A stretch of DNA of 64,000 nucleotides, from the NCBI GenBank assembly GCA_951406725.2, contig OX597816.1, positions 170,500,001 to 170,564,000 on the forward strand, in the 5' to 3' direction. Both the position numbers and the translations under genes were made by a program. The number at the start of each line of letters is the position of its first letter. Within the stretch, counting starts at the first letter, position 1. Shown here in pieces: positions 42,851 to 56,544 of the stretch. Under the pieces are notes generated by a model that was not told the DNA's origin, ran no database searches, and saw nothing but the letters and a program-made list of their open reading frames with translations. This stretch comes from Octopus vulgaris (taxonomy: Eukaryota).

Positions 42851-43689
42851 TGTATATACAATATACAAATATGTATCAACATACCCGTTACACTCTCATA
42901 TACCGAGAAAATATAATATAATATAGTGCAAGTACATATATACTAAGATATAAATGTTTATAAATGAATCATACCATAGTAGGATATGAAGATAAACGTC
43001 TAATACCAAATATAAATGTAAACACAAACAGCCATACATAGATGCATACGTACGCTGGAAGTTGCTTAAGGATAACCTCAGAAATAAGAAACCGTGCGAC
43101 AAAAAATTTTACATGAGACACTTAACACACAGACACACACACACAAAAACAGACAACTTTCCTTTCAATATGTAAGATTAAGCTGTATCATATATGTGCC
43201 TTTAATGTCATTGGATAAAGCGAAAAATGAAATATAAAAACATATAAGTAGTTATTGGAAAGTAACCGAAAGAATACGTTAGTTTCAGGTGCGAAAGATA
43301 TGGGAAGTGTATTAATCTCAGCCAGATCTCCGCATCGCCACGCAATAGAAACACAGAAGAGAAATGAAGAATTCAGAGTCTGGAATAAGAGTTAAGAAAA
43401 TTAGGATGCAGCAAAGGTGAGATCGAACGATTTAGAAAGGTGTTATGTCGCACGTTCGGATGACCTCTACTCTACTCTGCTCGACCTCTGCCCGACTGCT
43501 ACTCAACTCTGACGTCTAGACTTCTCCCTCTATATCTACGTATTGGGCTAGCCTACTTTATCGTCTGGGGGCGTCCACACAACAAAAAGGAATGATAAAA
43601 TTCTGTAAGATTATAGGTCTAAGCGTCACATTTAGTAACAATCTTGAAGCAGCTGACATTTTAGATGCTGCATTAGAATTGGGTAACGC

Positions 43690-44030
43690 CTTTTTTCTGA
43701 TTCCATGGACAGCGAGGCTCACCAATGGAGAAGTTCTTAAGCAGATAAGACCGAAAATGTAGCTAGAAGCTGGGATTACCAAGCGTAGATAGGCATATTT
43801 CGGTCACATTATGCGGAGAGAATCCCTGGAGAAGGACATCATGCTCGGAATGGTCAGTGGCAAGAGAGGAAGAGGCCGACCAAGAACCCGCTGGCTTGAC
43901 ACCATCAGGAGTGATACCGGAATGGACATGGCCAATATGAAGGAAGCTGCCCAGGATAGAACTGACTGGAGGACACTGATCCAACGAGTGACCGAGAGTC
44001 GACTTCGACTGAGCGGATAGAAAGAAAGAG
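43690..44030 (+). pseudogene. RTE/BovB-like LINE 3' end
   Basis: IPWTARLTN...YFGHIMRRESLEKDIMLGMVSGKRGRGRPRTRWLD...WRTLIQRVTESRLRL. Confidence 0.9.
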
Positions 44031-44480
44031 GAAACGTCTTTTTCAGCCCACGCCACAATCCAGGCGGAGACTTTCATTGTGTTAATTTCCAATCAAATCA
44101 CCATTGTTGAATTCTCAACTCGATCCTCGATAGCCTGTCACATAGAATCTTTTTTCTGTTAACTAGTATAGAAATTTTCGATCAGCATAGAGACTACGTC
44201 AACGATACACTCAGTATATATCCATTTGGAATAGCCATGGTCCTTTTGTGCGAGATATTAATTAGTATCCTACTACTGCGGACTGCATTTCTGGTCACGG
44301 AACTCGGCCTCCGAGGTCTTTATGTAGTACATCTTTAATTCATTCCCCCTTGACCTTTTCAGCCTAAAATCAACATATTCCTATTCTAATTTTAATAACC
44401 CCACTCGCTATATGCTTAATATTAAGAATCAAGAAAAAAACCCTCACAACTGTGCCTAATAATAAACACAAGGGATGGAT

Positions 44481-44841
44481 GGAAGCACTCCGTCGGTTAC
44501 GACGACGAGGGTTCCGGTTGATCCGAATCAACGGAACAGCCTGCTCGTGTACCCTTAACAGACACGTGTACCCTTAACGTAGTTCTCGGGGATATTCAGC
44601 GTGACACAGAGAGTGACAAGGCCGGCCCTTTGAAATACAGGTACAACAGAAACAGGAAGTAAAAGTGAGAGAAAGTTGTGGTGAAAGAGTACAGCAGAGA
44701 TCACCACCATCCCCTGCCGGAACCTCGTGGAGCTTTAGGTGTTTTCGCTCAATAAACACTCACAACGCCCGGTCTGGGAATCGAAACCGCAATCCTATGA
44801 CCGCGAGTCCGCTGCCCTAACCACTGGGCCATTGCGCCTCC
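44481..44841 (-). mobile_element. OR-type SINE (long-tail family) with TSD
   Basis: Flanking direct repeat TAATAAACACAA and (GGAT)n tail. Confidence 0.92.
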
Positions 44842-47539
44842 ACTAATAAACACAATAATGTATATGCTAATGAGGACGCACCCCGACGCTTAATCACTTT
44901 GGATGTACTCAGCCTCACCTGAAACCTTAAATCCAATACATCTCCTAGGGCAAGCATGGAGGTAATCTAGACGGAGGGAGGTAATCTGGTTCCATCCATC
45001 CTTCGCGCTCATATTTTAAAAAATACCGGGATTGGTTTTTGCAGATTAGAGAGGCACTTTCTGACATCTAGCCTAGCAAGTATAGAAATATTCCTAACTC
45101 CACTTTGTTGTCATACTCCATTGCCTTTAATATAGTTTATGTTATAATTAAGATGAATAATAAAGAACATATCCCCCTATCTACTACTAAGGTTAAGAGG
45201 ACCCTGACATAATATTCTTGAACACACAACCCCGGACACCCTTGTTGAGTCAGAGAGGAACTGACACCCTGTATGTTAGTACCTAGTCCAAGTTCGCATT
45301 TCATTCAACAAAACGTGCGTGATTGCGATACAGGCCCTATGCACAGTAACCTCCTGAATGAGAACAATATGGCTAGTATTAACCACAACTTTGGTGGTTC
45401 CCCTTCACAAAACAAATCTTTCTAGGGTTTGTTTAGTCAAGGTGGATAACGGCCCCACGAGCAACAACCTGAACTATATCCCATGTGAAACAGGTTGTGT
45501 TTTTGTAAATTTTTATATAATGATAGATGCATTTAGCTGTGTACTGCTCTCCGGGTTGATCTATTCTAATTTCAAAGTATTGCTCTAAAGGAGTTGATTA
45601 AACAAGTCATTTATATATTGGGACTACATAATCACTTTGCGGATATTTTTGAGTAATACTTAAATCACCATACCATAAACAGTTTGACTACAAGACTAGA
45701 AATACCGATGCTAATGCATTTCCACTTATCTGGAATATAATATTGCTTTTAGATATGTGGCCTTCCAGTGTTATTTTAAGCCAAATCCAACAGCATTGTG
45801 GGATCCTATTTCTCCATCATAGGCTTATAATAAATTTGTTCCACTTTCTACACTGTATTGGGAGTCTTTTTCTTGCTGAGGCAATAATGGGCACTCTGTC
45901 TTTTCCGGGTGTATTGGAATAAGATATTTAAAATCCTATTTGTGTAAGTGATCGTTGTCACATTATATTTTAGAAATCTGAGCACGTTGGCATTAGCCCA
46001 GTGAAACAACACATCACTCTTGCAAACCGTGTCTAAAAGAATTTGGTGACGAGGAATCCCATAGAAATATCACATTCATAATGTCTAGTATGCATTCTGC
46101 GTGATTGTCAGACTGATTTAACCAATTGCTGCTGCAAAAGAGGTTCTCTACTATCGCAGACAACTTGAGACATCTCGAACAGAGAAAATATGACCCCTCA
46201 AGGGAAATAGGATAGGCTTTATTAACTGACGCTAGTCCTATACAATGGCCAGATTGAGGAATCAGTGATGATACCATAGGTGGGTGCATGACATTTCAGT
46301 GGGAGTGTGTCATTGTCCACCGACATTCTGCTGGACTTGTGTCCATGTGGCAGCACACTATTTACCTGTTTGTGTTGCAAAGTCTGCAAAGTAACCCTGA
46401 AAATCGCTAAAGTAAAGATGTAGAATAGAAGAAAACGGACATGGGTACAAAGGAAAGAAACAAACATCAGTAGTCTACAAATGTACCAAAGATTAACATG
46501 GTAATTGAATATTTAAGGTTATCAGACGCAATAGAAATAATGGATGAAATATTTCGAAAACTTCTGTTGCAACTATTAAGATAAATTCTCTGTACGTGGG
46601 TGCTAAGACAATTGATCTGCATATATAGTTAAATGCAACAAAATTCTGTTTCAGTAAACATTTAGCGTGTAACAAAATTAGCTCCATGAAGAAACAGAGC
46701 ATTTTAAAAATGTTCCTGGACTTCAAGCTTGGATTTCAAAGTAATTGCATAGAAAAGATTAACATGTAATGAAATAAGTGGACATCAAATAGAATTGCTT
46801 CTGGCCTGTCTTTGAAGCCATAAATAGCATAAGAGAGAAACTAGAGAATTATATATTTCAAGCACATTATTTAGGTATGCAGTTTTCTGATCCATTAAAT
46901 TCTTTAATGCAGAGAAGATTATTAAGGTATTACTGTGAGATACTTTTATAAAGTCAAGGGTTAGAGATGACAAGGCGCTAGATTTTTCAAAACATGCTTA
47001 TGGCTTCTTCCTATTTTGAACCTTAAATTTCAACTGTAGATAAATCAACTGTTCCGTGGGAAAACGCCGTAAGAAAGTGTGCCAAATATAGATGTCCAAT
47101 ATTAACATATAGTTTATAATTACTTTAAAAATAATAAATAATAATAACAATAACGTGTTTTGAATGGCACAACAATGCACTATAGTAACAACAATGGACT
47201 ATAATAACCTATAATTTAATCATCCATAGTCTGATATAATAAAAATATTTCGGAATACAAAACTTCCTTCTTCAGATATCGCTAGGAATTGTTCGAGTCA
47301 CTACTACAATCGATTTTCCAATTTTTTTTTATTTTTTTCCCGGAAGCGTCTCTGCACTGCTCTCACGGAGCTCCTTCCGGAATTCCTCATAAGAAGTGCA
47401 TGAGGGTGGCCATGTCTCAATCTCATGTGTGCTGGCACATCCGTATCGCTGCTTCTAAGTTATGTATTATATGCGATTTTCCTTTTTTTCTCCCCTCCCC
47501 CACTTTTTTATAAATAATATATGAGCATGTCATCAAAAG

Positions 47540-48440
47540 AGAATCTACACGCATCAAGATGTAGCTAGAAAATGTATTGACTGCCAACCTCCAGCCTGTT
47601 GTAAATTTGGATCACTAGGCTATCTATGAGAATAGCTTCCTTAATTCTTAGATTACCCAAATTTCTTTCATTGGCCTCAATTACTCGGTGTTCCGGCATC
47701 TGTCTAGATGTTGGAGGAGGCTTTCGTGTTCGGATGCTCTTTGATGCGAATGTGTAACGGTCTTGTTGTGCTACCCACATAGAACTTGTTGCTTTTGTTA
47801 CATTGTATTCTATATACAACATTTACCCGTTGGAATAAGTCTGTGTCACGAATGGGACAGTTTTCTAGTGTGCATTGAGTGCTGTCCCTCAGAGAGGGGC
47901 CGGAATGAGCTAGTAGTGCGTCTAGTCCTTCTCTTCTTATGGCTCTTTGGATGGCTGTAATTATCCTCTTGCTAAAATGGGGTATTTTAAGGAAGCATGC
48001 GTTGCTGGGTTTTCTGTGTTCGGCGTGTTGGCCGTTTTGGTTACTTAAGCCGATTTACAATGGATATAGGGTGCCCGTTGGTTTTTGATATTTCTAGGAA
48101 GCGTGTAGTGTGGGTCACCTTGCCCTCTGCCCTGCTGCACTTGCTCTGGATGCATGCAAGTTCATTTCTGGCGTATCCTAATTTGGCACCGAGTGGAAGT
48201 GCTGAACTGTACTGGACAAACATGTCTCTACTGGCTGCTTTCCTGTAGAACTCGATGTGGATCTCTCCTTATTCCGTTATATTTAGTTGGAAGTCAAGTA
48301 GCGATAGTGATCCAATGTTGTTGGGATGCTCTATAGCGAACTTTATGTTCGTGTCCATGCTGTCGAACATCGTGAATATTCTGTCAGCCTCTTCACGGGA
48401 GGATGTGAGTATGAGGATGTCATCTATGTACCTAGTAAAT
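47540..48440 (-). pseudogene. Penelope-like element remnant (RT to GIY-YIG end)
   Basis: RYIDDILIL, DTNIKFAIEHP..SLSLLDF, FVQYSSALP and IKEAILI..L...YNR. Confidence 0.75.
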
Positions 48441-49599
48441 TTACATACACAATATCATTATTTTCACCACGTCGACTTTGCTGGGATTCACATGACCCTG
48501 ATCCACCACCTTTCTTCATTGTCTGTAGAATGTGAAACTTTCTTACACTGACATCCAGTATCATCTGTTAAATTACTGGTATACATCATTTAGCACAATG
48601 CTGATACGTCCGATGTACTGTCTCACTGAACTTTTCCTCCTCGCGTTTCCAGTAATTTCCAGCGAGGCGAACTATTGTATAAGTGTGTCTACTTATCATA
48701 CACTCTCCCTTTTGTGGGGTGTTTTCTCCAAGAAGCAGTCACAATGTCACTAATCCTGCACGAAAAATGAACATCTAATGTGTGAGTGTGTGTCTCTGTG
48801 TATATCAATATACACACACGCACGCACACAAAAAAAACAGACATACACACATATACATACACATATATTTAAGTGTTGGGTACATTCCCAGTAGTAGGCC
48901 GATGAATTACGTTCACTGTCTACGGCTACCTAGCATCGTCTACCGTAATTACACAACTGTCGCAGGTCTATCTCAAGAAATTCTCAGACTACGTTGAGCA
49001 TAAAACGAACGAAAGAGGCGTAACATGGAATACACGGAAAAGTTTCTTGCTTACAACGATCGTTTCAAAATATCCTGCGTCTGTCATTCATATACATGTA
49101 TACACCTTTTAAATTTATTTATGGGGACGTTTTGAATATGCAAATAAAGCTCCTATTCCATTATGCCGGCCAACGTCTAATGATGCTGGCTAGGGAGTCA
49201 ATTTTTCGGGGATTGCATCAAGTTTTACCGATAAAATATATGGTAAATATAATAACGATAGCAATAGGGTGCAATCCATAGGGTGGAATTTATAAACATT
49301 TAATGCCTCGCTACGCACGTTTCCACAAATCGCATGACTCTTAAGATCACAGTCCGTATTCCTGGAATGATTACACTGTAGTCCGTAGTATCCGTGGGCA
49401 TCCGGTTGATCATCATCACTGGTTCATTTCTTCAGGCGTTATAACATTATTGGATGTACGGTAGAGGGATGTTTATTCCTTTTTTACCAATATGCAGGTC
49501 AAGCGATAAACGTGGGTGTTTATACTGCGTTGCATTCCAAAAAGCGTGAGTAATAAAATATGAAGACTATCCACAGATGAACAGATATTCGATATACAC

Positions 49600-50445
49600 G
49601 CTGAATGTTACAACTCAGCACTGGCTAAGCTGGATATAAGGATAAAATAAAATATATACAGAATAAGTCAGAGAAGACACGATTCCCAGAGAACCTTATA
49701 AAGAGTAGGGATAATCATATAAATAGCCGCAGAATACCAGAACGTAGAAAAATAGTAATAGGGAGCAAAAGGAAAAGAAAACAACCACAACACTAATAAT
49801 GACAGATATAAAGCAGAACCCATAAAACCACAGCCAAAGTTAGAAAGGATCGCACCGTTAAACGCCGATAGTAATAATGCTGACAGCGCAGTAGAATATA
49901 CTAATAAACCCAATAGATATATTAAAAGAAATGGGAAAATAGCCGATGAATTTATTTGGTTTAACCTGATCTTCAATTCACAAGTGAAATCCAAAATAGG
50001 CCAGGAATTATTCACAGCATTAGATAGACACTTCCCAAGATCTTACAAATATCACACAATTATTAACAGACATAATGTAAAATTAGCATAAGCGACCTCC
50101 CGCAATCTAGAATACCACATACACAAAGAGAATAACACAAAACTAAATAGAATGAAACTTGAGGGGAAATACAAAGCAAATGCAGCTAATAACACTGAAT
50201 ACGACGATGAAAAGCTGGAAAATAGGGGTAATAAAAACTCATCTTTAGCAAAAACGGACCCAAACAACATCACACAATTAAAAGTACATCCATACATAAG
50301 GAAAATGAGTGTAGGATTACAGAATGAGAAATAAAGAGGACCACCAATAGCAACTCCACGGAAGGAAAGGAAAAAATAATATCATGTGTAACTGCAGACG
50401 CAAAGAAGGATGTAGTTTCAACAACAACTGCATAAGTAATAATAC
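49600..50445 (+). pseudogene. Naiad/Chlamys-type PLE remnant (RT-EN linker)
   Basis: FIWFNL...KIGQELFTALDRHFP..YKYHTIINRHNVKL, and the Cys linker CNCRRKEGCSFNNNC. Confidence 0.7.
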
Positions 50446-50945
50446 ATACAACACACAGGCGCGTGCACATACTCACACGCGCGCATATATATCTATATAT
50501 ATAGAGAGAGAAGCGAAAGGTATAGAAAGAGTGAAAAGGGAAGGAGAAATCGGATGTGTGTATGGTTAATATGATTTCTTAGTAAAACAAATTCGGCAAG
50601 GATATATATTATATTTGCGTCTCAAATTTAATTATATACAACACAGAACAAAGAAAAATTCTCAATGCCTTGCTGTGAAGTAAATTATATGTTCATGATA
50701 TGGATTGATACTTGAGAAACTTTTGATGTCAGTGAAGAGTATAAGGGATATGGAAAATAATAGTCATCATAATATAAAGAAATACGCATAGAGAACCAGC
50801 CATTTAACATATCAAGTTTTCTGTAGATGTATTTCTATCAAACTGCAAGGCCATAAGGAATATCCTCAACTATATTACTGACTTAAGTATATTATTTTAA
50901 TTTAGAAGAATGATGTCCACAACTCGTAGATATTTTTCTAAATGT

Positions 50946-51110
50946 GGCGCAGGAGTGGCTGTGTGGTAAGTAGCTTGCTAACAAACCACATGGTTCCGGG
51001 TTCAGTCCCACTGCGTGGCATCTTGAGCAAGTGTCTTCTGCTATAACCCCGGGCCGACCAATGCCTTGTGAGTGGATTTGGTAGACGGAAACTGAAAGAA
51101 GCCTGTCGTA

Positions 51111-51181
<71 letters not shown>

Positions 51182-51406
51182 CTGTTTGTGTGTCTGTGTT
51201 TGTCCCCCTAGCATTGCTTGACAACCGATGCTGGTGTGTTTACGTCCCCGTCACTTAGCGGTTCGGCAAAAAGAGACCGATAGAATAAGTACTGGACTTA
51301 CAAAAAGAATAAGTCCCGGGGTCGAGTTGCTCGACTAAAGGCGGTGCTCCAGCATGGCCGCAGTCAAATGACTGAAACAAGTAAAAGAGTAAAAGAGTAA
51401 AAGAGA
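50946..51406 (+). mobile_element. OK-type SINE, young copy
   Basis: Full length and nearly identical to the inverted copy at 52203-52636. Confidence 0.93.
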
Positions 51407-51419
51407 GTACTCAAAACAT

Positions 51420-52170
51420 TTTATGTTCGCCAGTAAAAATGTTGATTTCATTTACAATACAAATAGATCTAATAATATTTTCCGAAACACATCCCTCCTT
51501 GTTTTGGTTCTAGTCTTCAGTAAGGCTATTCGGCCAAAAATATCAAAATTAAACAATTTTTTGTTGATGCAGCAATGATTGAGGAGTAAATTGTTAAGAT
51601 CAGATATTTATGAATATATTGTGACATGAGTATCTCCAGCTCAAACTCTCTCTTCTGCAACCCTTTATATTTACCAGTTCATCCTACCACTCACGAAATA
51701 TTTCCAGCCATTTACTATTAATTGTCTTTTATGTATGTTTCTTACCCTTCTCTATCTGAAGACGTTTTCGTTGTTGATCAGTCAACAGAAGGTAGTGATC
51801 AAACAATCCTCTTTCAGCCATGATCAGCAAACTTTTACAGAAATAGTGTACAACCGAGTACATTGCCAAAAGTGTTTGATTAAGAATTATGTTCTCATTT
51901 CCTACCATCATTTACTGACACACCGGTTGTCCAAACACTATTCTGTACTCGATCTAATTAGACGGCCACCTTATCACTGGAGCATTTCTTCAATCATAAA
52001 TAGTTAAGGACAAAAGACCCTTAACTATCTTTTGAAAAATGTCTTACTCAACAAAGTTGGATTTTTAAGTATAAGTTCTGTCCTTATATTCAACTTACTA
52101 ATCTTTTATTTCGTGCATTACACTCCACCATTACATCTACTGCAATCGTTTTCTAAATCCCTGTTGTCTG
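51420..52170 (-). pseudogene. Very decayed LINE RT fragment, possibly R4-like
   Basis: KGCRRES remnant resembles the KGCRR motif at ~36600. Many stops. Confidence 0.3.
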
Positions 52171-52202
52171 CTCTATTTGTGTGAAATATATTTATATATA
52201 TT

Positions 52203-52402
52203 TTTTTTACTTGTTTCAGTCATTTGACTGCGGCCATGCTGGAGCACCGCCTTTAGTCGAGCAAATCGACCCCGGGACTTATTCTTTGTAAGCCCAGTAC
52301 TTATTCTCTCGGTCTCTTTTGCCGAACCGCTAGGTGACGGGGACGTAAACACACCAGCATCGGTTGTCAAGCAATGCTAGGGGGACAAACACAGACACAC
52401 AA

Positions 52403-52471
<69 letters not shown>

Positions 52472-52636
52472 TACGACAGGCTTCTTTCAGTTTCCGTCTA
52501 CCAAATCCACTCACAAGGCATTGGTCGGCCCGGGGCTATAGCAGAAGACACTTGTCCAAGATGCCACGCAGAGGGACTGAACCCGGAACCATGTGGTTGA
52601 TTAGCAAGCTACTTACCACACAGCCACTCCTGCGCC
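52203..52636 (-). mobile_element. OK-type SINE, young copy
   Basis: Full length. Confidence 0.93.
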
Positions 52637-52799
52637 TAAAAAATTTTACGTTCATCAGCAGTCCTTCATAGAAACAGTTTGTTCAGTTTATCTGTTCATG
52701 GGCTCAGTCCGTTTTCTATTTGTTGCATTTGAAATACTTTCTTGGACTAAACCACATATACTGATGATGGTCTCAGTTCTGTCCACTCAATGTCCGATT

Positions 52800-53253
52800 T
52801 ATATCTCATACATATATTAATGAACTGCATTCTCATACATAGAGAATACCAAACTCATTCCCTATGGATACCGTATTTATTACAACGAGTGGCTTGTAAA
52901 CGTATCTAACTCGCTTTCGCTCGTTAGATACGTTTGCAAGCCACTCGTTGTAATAAATACGGTATCCATAGGGAATGAGTTTGGTATTTTATTTATTACA
53001 CACAAATAAACGACCATATTTTATTAACCCAATAACTAAATTCTTCACTAAATTAACTTATGAATGACAAAAGTAGTGCCGTCACCGTGACCTCTGGTCA
53101 TCACCATGAATTGACCAATCAGAAGCAGCGCTGTCAGCGTGACCTCGGGTCATCACCATGGATTGACCAATCAGAAGCAGCGCTCGCAGTATCTGACATA
53201 TGTTAGATACCAAAAATATCTCAAAGTGTTCTCACTCACATGTGTGTAATAAA
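52800..53253. mobile_element. Hairpin-rich non-autonomous DNA element (possibly Crypton-like)
   Basis: 66-bp inverted arms (52845-52910 and 52923-52988). Second IR TTTATTACACACA (52992) with TGTGTGTAATAAA (53241). Two 52-bp tandem units containing CCAATC. Confidence 0.55.
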
Positions 53254-53872
53254 AATGTATATGCGTACTTCTGTACAAATGATAAACCGATTTTCTTTCC
53301 TTAAATTTTCGCGTATAGATAAATGTATTCTTGAGCTGCCTGCAAATATCCTGCTGGTAGTCTTTCCTCTTTGCTACTCAGAAGTAATAGGGCTTCTGTT
53401 TATCATATTGAAAATTGAAACAACATTTTTTTTCAGAATTACATTATTAATGCCTGAAATAATCGAAATGCATTTTGCTAAGATAAACAAAATATTTATG
53501 TAAATGACATTTCAAAAGACAAATAGTTTTCTCAGTGAATTCATTTATAAACTTTTGAGATTTTAAAAGTTGGAAATTTCTGGAAACGATTTGATATTTC
53601 CCCACCAATTTCATTGTTGCATACTGGAGTCACTGTTGCATACTGGAATGATACAGTGAAGGCATATTTCTTATTTCCAAGTAATATCGAATATCTTCAA
53701 TTCACCATTTCTTAAAAGATTAAGAATATTAATTCCTCACGGCCAAAATTTAAAAAAAAGCAATATAAACAAACAGATATAAAGAAGAAAAGGTCAGAAT
53801 ATTTTCAGATTTAAGGATTTTAACGTTTTTAAGTGTATGTATGCATTATCAGTGATACATCATTGGCTTGTA

Positions 53873-54245
53873 GGAGGCGCAATGGCCCAGTGGTTAGGGC
53901 AGCGGACTCACGGTCGTAGGATCGCGGTTTCGATTCCCAGACCGGGCGTTGTGAGTGTTTATTGAGTGAAAACACCTAAAGCTCCACGAGGCTCCGGCAG
54001 GGTGATCACTGCTGTACTCTTTCACCACAACTTTCTCTCACTCTTACTTCCTGTTTCTGTTGTACCTGTATTTCAAAGAGCCGGCCTTGTCACTCTCTGT
54101 GTCACGCTGAATATCCCCGAGAACTACGGTAAGGGTACACGTGCATGTGGAGTGCTCAGCCACTTACACGTTAATTTCACGAGCAGGCTGTTCCGTTGAT
54201 CGGATCAACCGGAACCCTCGTCGTCGTAACCGACGGAGTGCTTCC
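53873..54245 (+). mobile_element. OR-type SINE (long-tail family)
   Basis: Full length, with flanking TCATTGGCTT.TA direct repeat. Confidence 0.92.
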
Positions 54246-54829
54246 TCTCATTGGCTTCTAACATTTTGAGTAGATAGATATATGCTGCTTTCCATTGTAG
54301 ATAGAAATATATATCACATCAGAATAGAATCTGTTCTTTTAGCTTTGTACGATAATTAGAAATATTTAATGTATGAAATATTAATATTTTTGTGTGTGCG
54401 TGTGTGTTTATTTGTGTGCATGTGTGTGTGTGTGTCTGTGTGTGTGTGTGTGTGTGCATGTGTGTGTGTGTGTGTGTGTGTGTGTTTGTGCTGATTAGTA
54501 ATGAGAACGTTTGCAATTTAGTTTTAGTGAACACAAGCATCCAACTTCACAATCAAAGAAAGTATAAGCGATAACTGATGAGTCGTTAGTAAATCTTGTA
54601 ATTAGTCAAATCAAGATCTTTTATCTGCTTCAATAAAGAACCAGAGATGTAACTTTGGCATTCCTCTTTTTTTCCACTGCGAAACGGCTAAGCCATTTAC
54701 TTGTAAACTACTTATGCACACAAGGTTTCCTGGTGCACAACGGCGTAATGTTATTAGCTTATTCAGATTGCCAGAGGTTACACTTCTCAGCAAATTAAAG
54801 AAACTGATTGCATTTTACCCGGGTTTACA

Positions 54830-55232
54830 TCTTTATATATGAAAGTGAGGTTGTATGCTGTCTGTCTCCTACGATTTAGATTCCTAACTACTCCCACATT
54901 TTGCGGTGCAGTTTAACCAAAACTGGCTATCTTATAGTCGTGATTCATATCGAGCCCTTCTGGGTATTAGCGCGCGTCTACGATGAGTCTACGATTTAAA
55001 AAAAAAATTACCGTCAAAATTTTCCATTTTTAATGCATTTTTGGCATATATAAGGGAAGTAACTCTCTAAAAATTTATTATTAAATCTTAGAACGTAAAA
55101 AGCTACAGTAACACCCACCTACCCCCCGTTGTGGTTAGCCATATTGAGATGGCTATTATACTTTACATCTCTAAAAATGCTTATATAGTTATTTCCCTTA
55201 CAAACCCGAGCAACGCCGGGCGATACTGCTAC
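54830..55232 (+). mobile_element. Non-autonomous Helitron
   Basis: A|TCTTTATATATGAAAG start. 3' end CCCGAGCAACGCCGGGCGATACTGCTAC|T is shared with the 38175 element. Confidence 0.8.
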
Positions 55233-55459
55233 TTGAATATAAATACTAATTAACAATTATTCAAAAACATAAAGACGAGTCCTCATTACTGGCCACTGGA
55301 AGGCAAGCAGAATACGATTTAACACTAATACCTACTTACACTAAAATATATTCATTTAGTAAAAATAGATGATCAAACGTTTAGCCTATATTTCAAATTA
55401 CACCAGTTCTTTAAGTCTTAGTGTATTCAGATGTATTTTTCTTTTTCGTTTCTTTTTAT

Positions 55460-55855
55460 ATTTTTACTTGTTTCAGTCATTTCACTACGGCCATGCTGGA
55501 GCACCGCCTTTTAGTCGAGGAAATTGACCCCCAGAACTTATTCTTTGGAAGCCTAGTACTTATTCTCTCGGTTTTTTTTGCCGAGTCGCTAAGTTATGGG
55601 GACGTAAACACACCAGCATCGGTTGTCAAACGATGTTGGGGGGGACAAACTCAGATACACAAACATGTACACACATACATATATATATACATATATACAT
55701 CGGGATTCTTTCAGTTTCCGTCTACCAAATCAACTAGCAAGGCTTTGGTCGGCCCGAGGCTATAGTAGAAGACACTTGCCCAAGGTGCCACGCAGTGGGA
55801 CTGAACCGGGAACCATGTGGTTGGTAAGCAAACTACTTACCACACAGCCACTCCT
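55460..55855 (-). mobile_element. OK-type SINE
   Basis: Similar to the other copies. Confidence 0.88.
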
Positions 55856-55959
55856 TCATAAACATCTAAGCAAATAGCATATTCAAGCGACATTATATAT
55901 CTATATATACCTTTACACGCGTCAAAAATGCATATACAAATTCATACCTGGCGTGAGCG

Positions 55960-56013
<54 letters not shown>

Positions 56014-56239
56014 TATGTACATGCATGTGTGTTTTGATATACCGTAACATTCCATGTAACGTTACACCAGTACAGAATTGGATTATTAGATTAAAACATA
56101 ATCTGATATCAGCAAACACAACTTCTGTGTTAACTTTTATTTTTCTCAGTATATATGCACACACACTAGAACATACGCATGCACATACCTGTGCATATAT
56201 TCATATATATATATACACACACACACGTATGCAAGTATA

Positions 56240-56304
<65 letters not shown>

Positions 56305-56379
56305 ATATATACATATATACATATGGCAATCTCTCTATCTATTGCCACTCTCTCTCTCTCTGTTTCTCCATTCTCTATG

Positions 56380-56455
<76 letters not shown>

Positions 56456-56544
56456 AATGTATGTGTATGCATGCATGTATATGTATATACACGCGTGTAT
56501 GTTTGTTGATGTGTTTTACTTTGTGCTAGTTATAATTGTATGCA

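Noticed and set aside
45250-46340. Possible decayed retroelement coding sequence
   Set aside because: No diagnostic motif could be recovered by eye.
46366-46406. Small minus-strand exon candidate with a CAG|GTAAAT donor
   Set aside because: The peptide does not fit the TPR helix expected before YYYNG, and there is no other support.
49600-50445. Selenocysteine recoding as reported for some Naiad PLEs
   Set aside because: The Cys linker has no in-frame TGA, no SECIS is evident, and the copy is truncated.
51729-51911. Minus ORF ending at an AGG|GTAAGA donor
   Set aside because: No acceptor or recognisable domain, and it lies in a probable decayed LINE.
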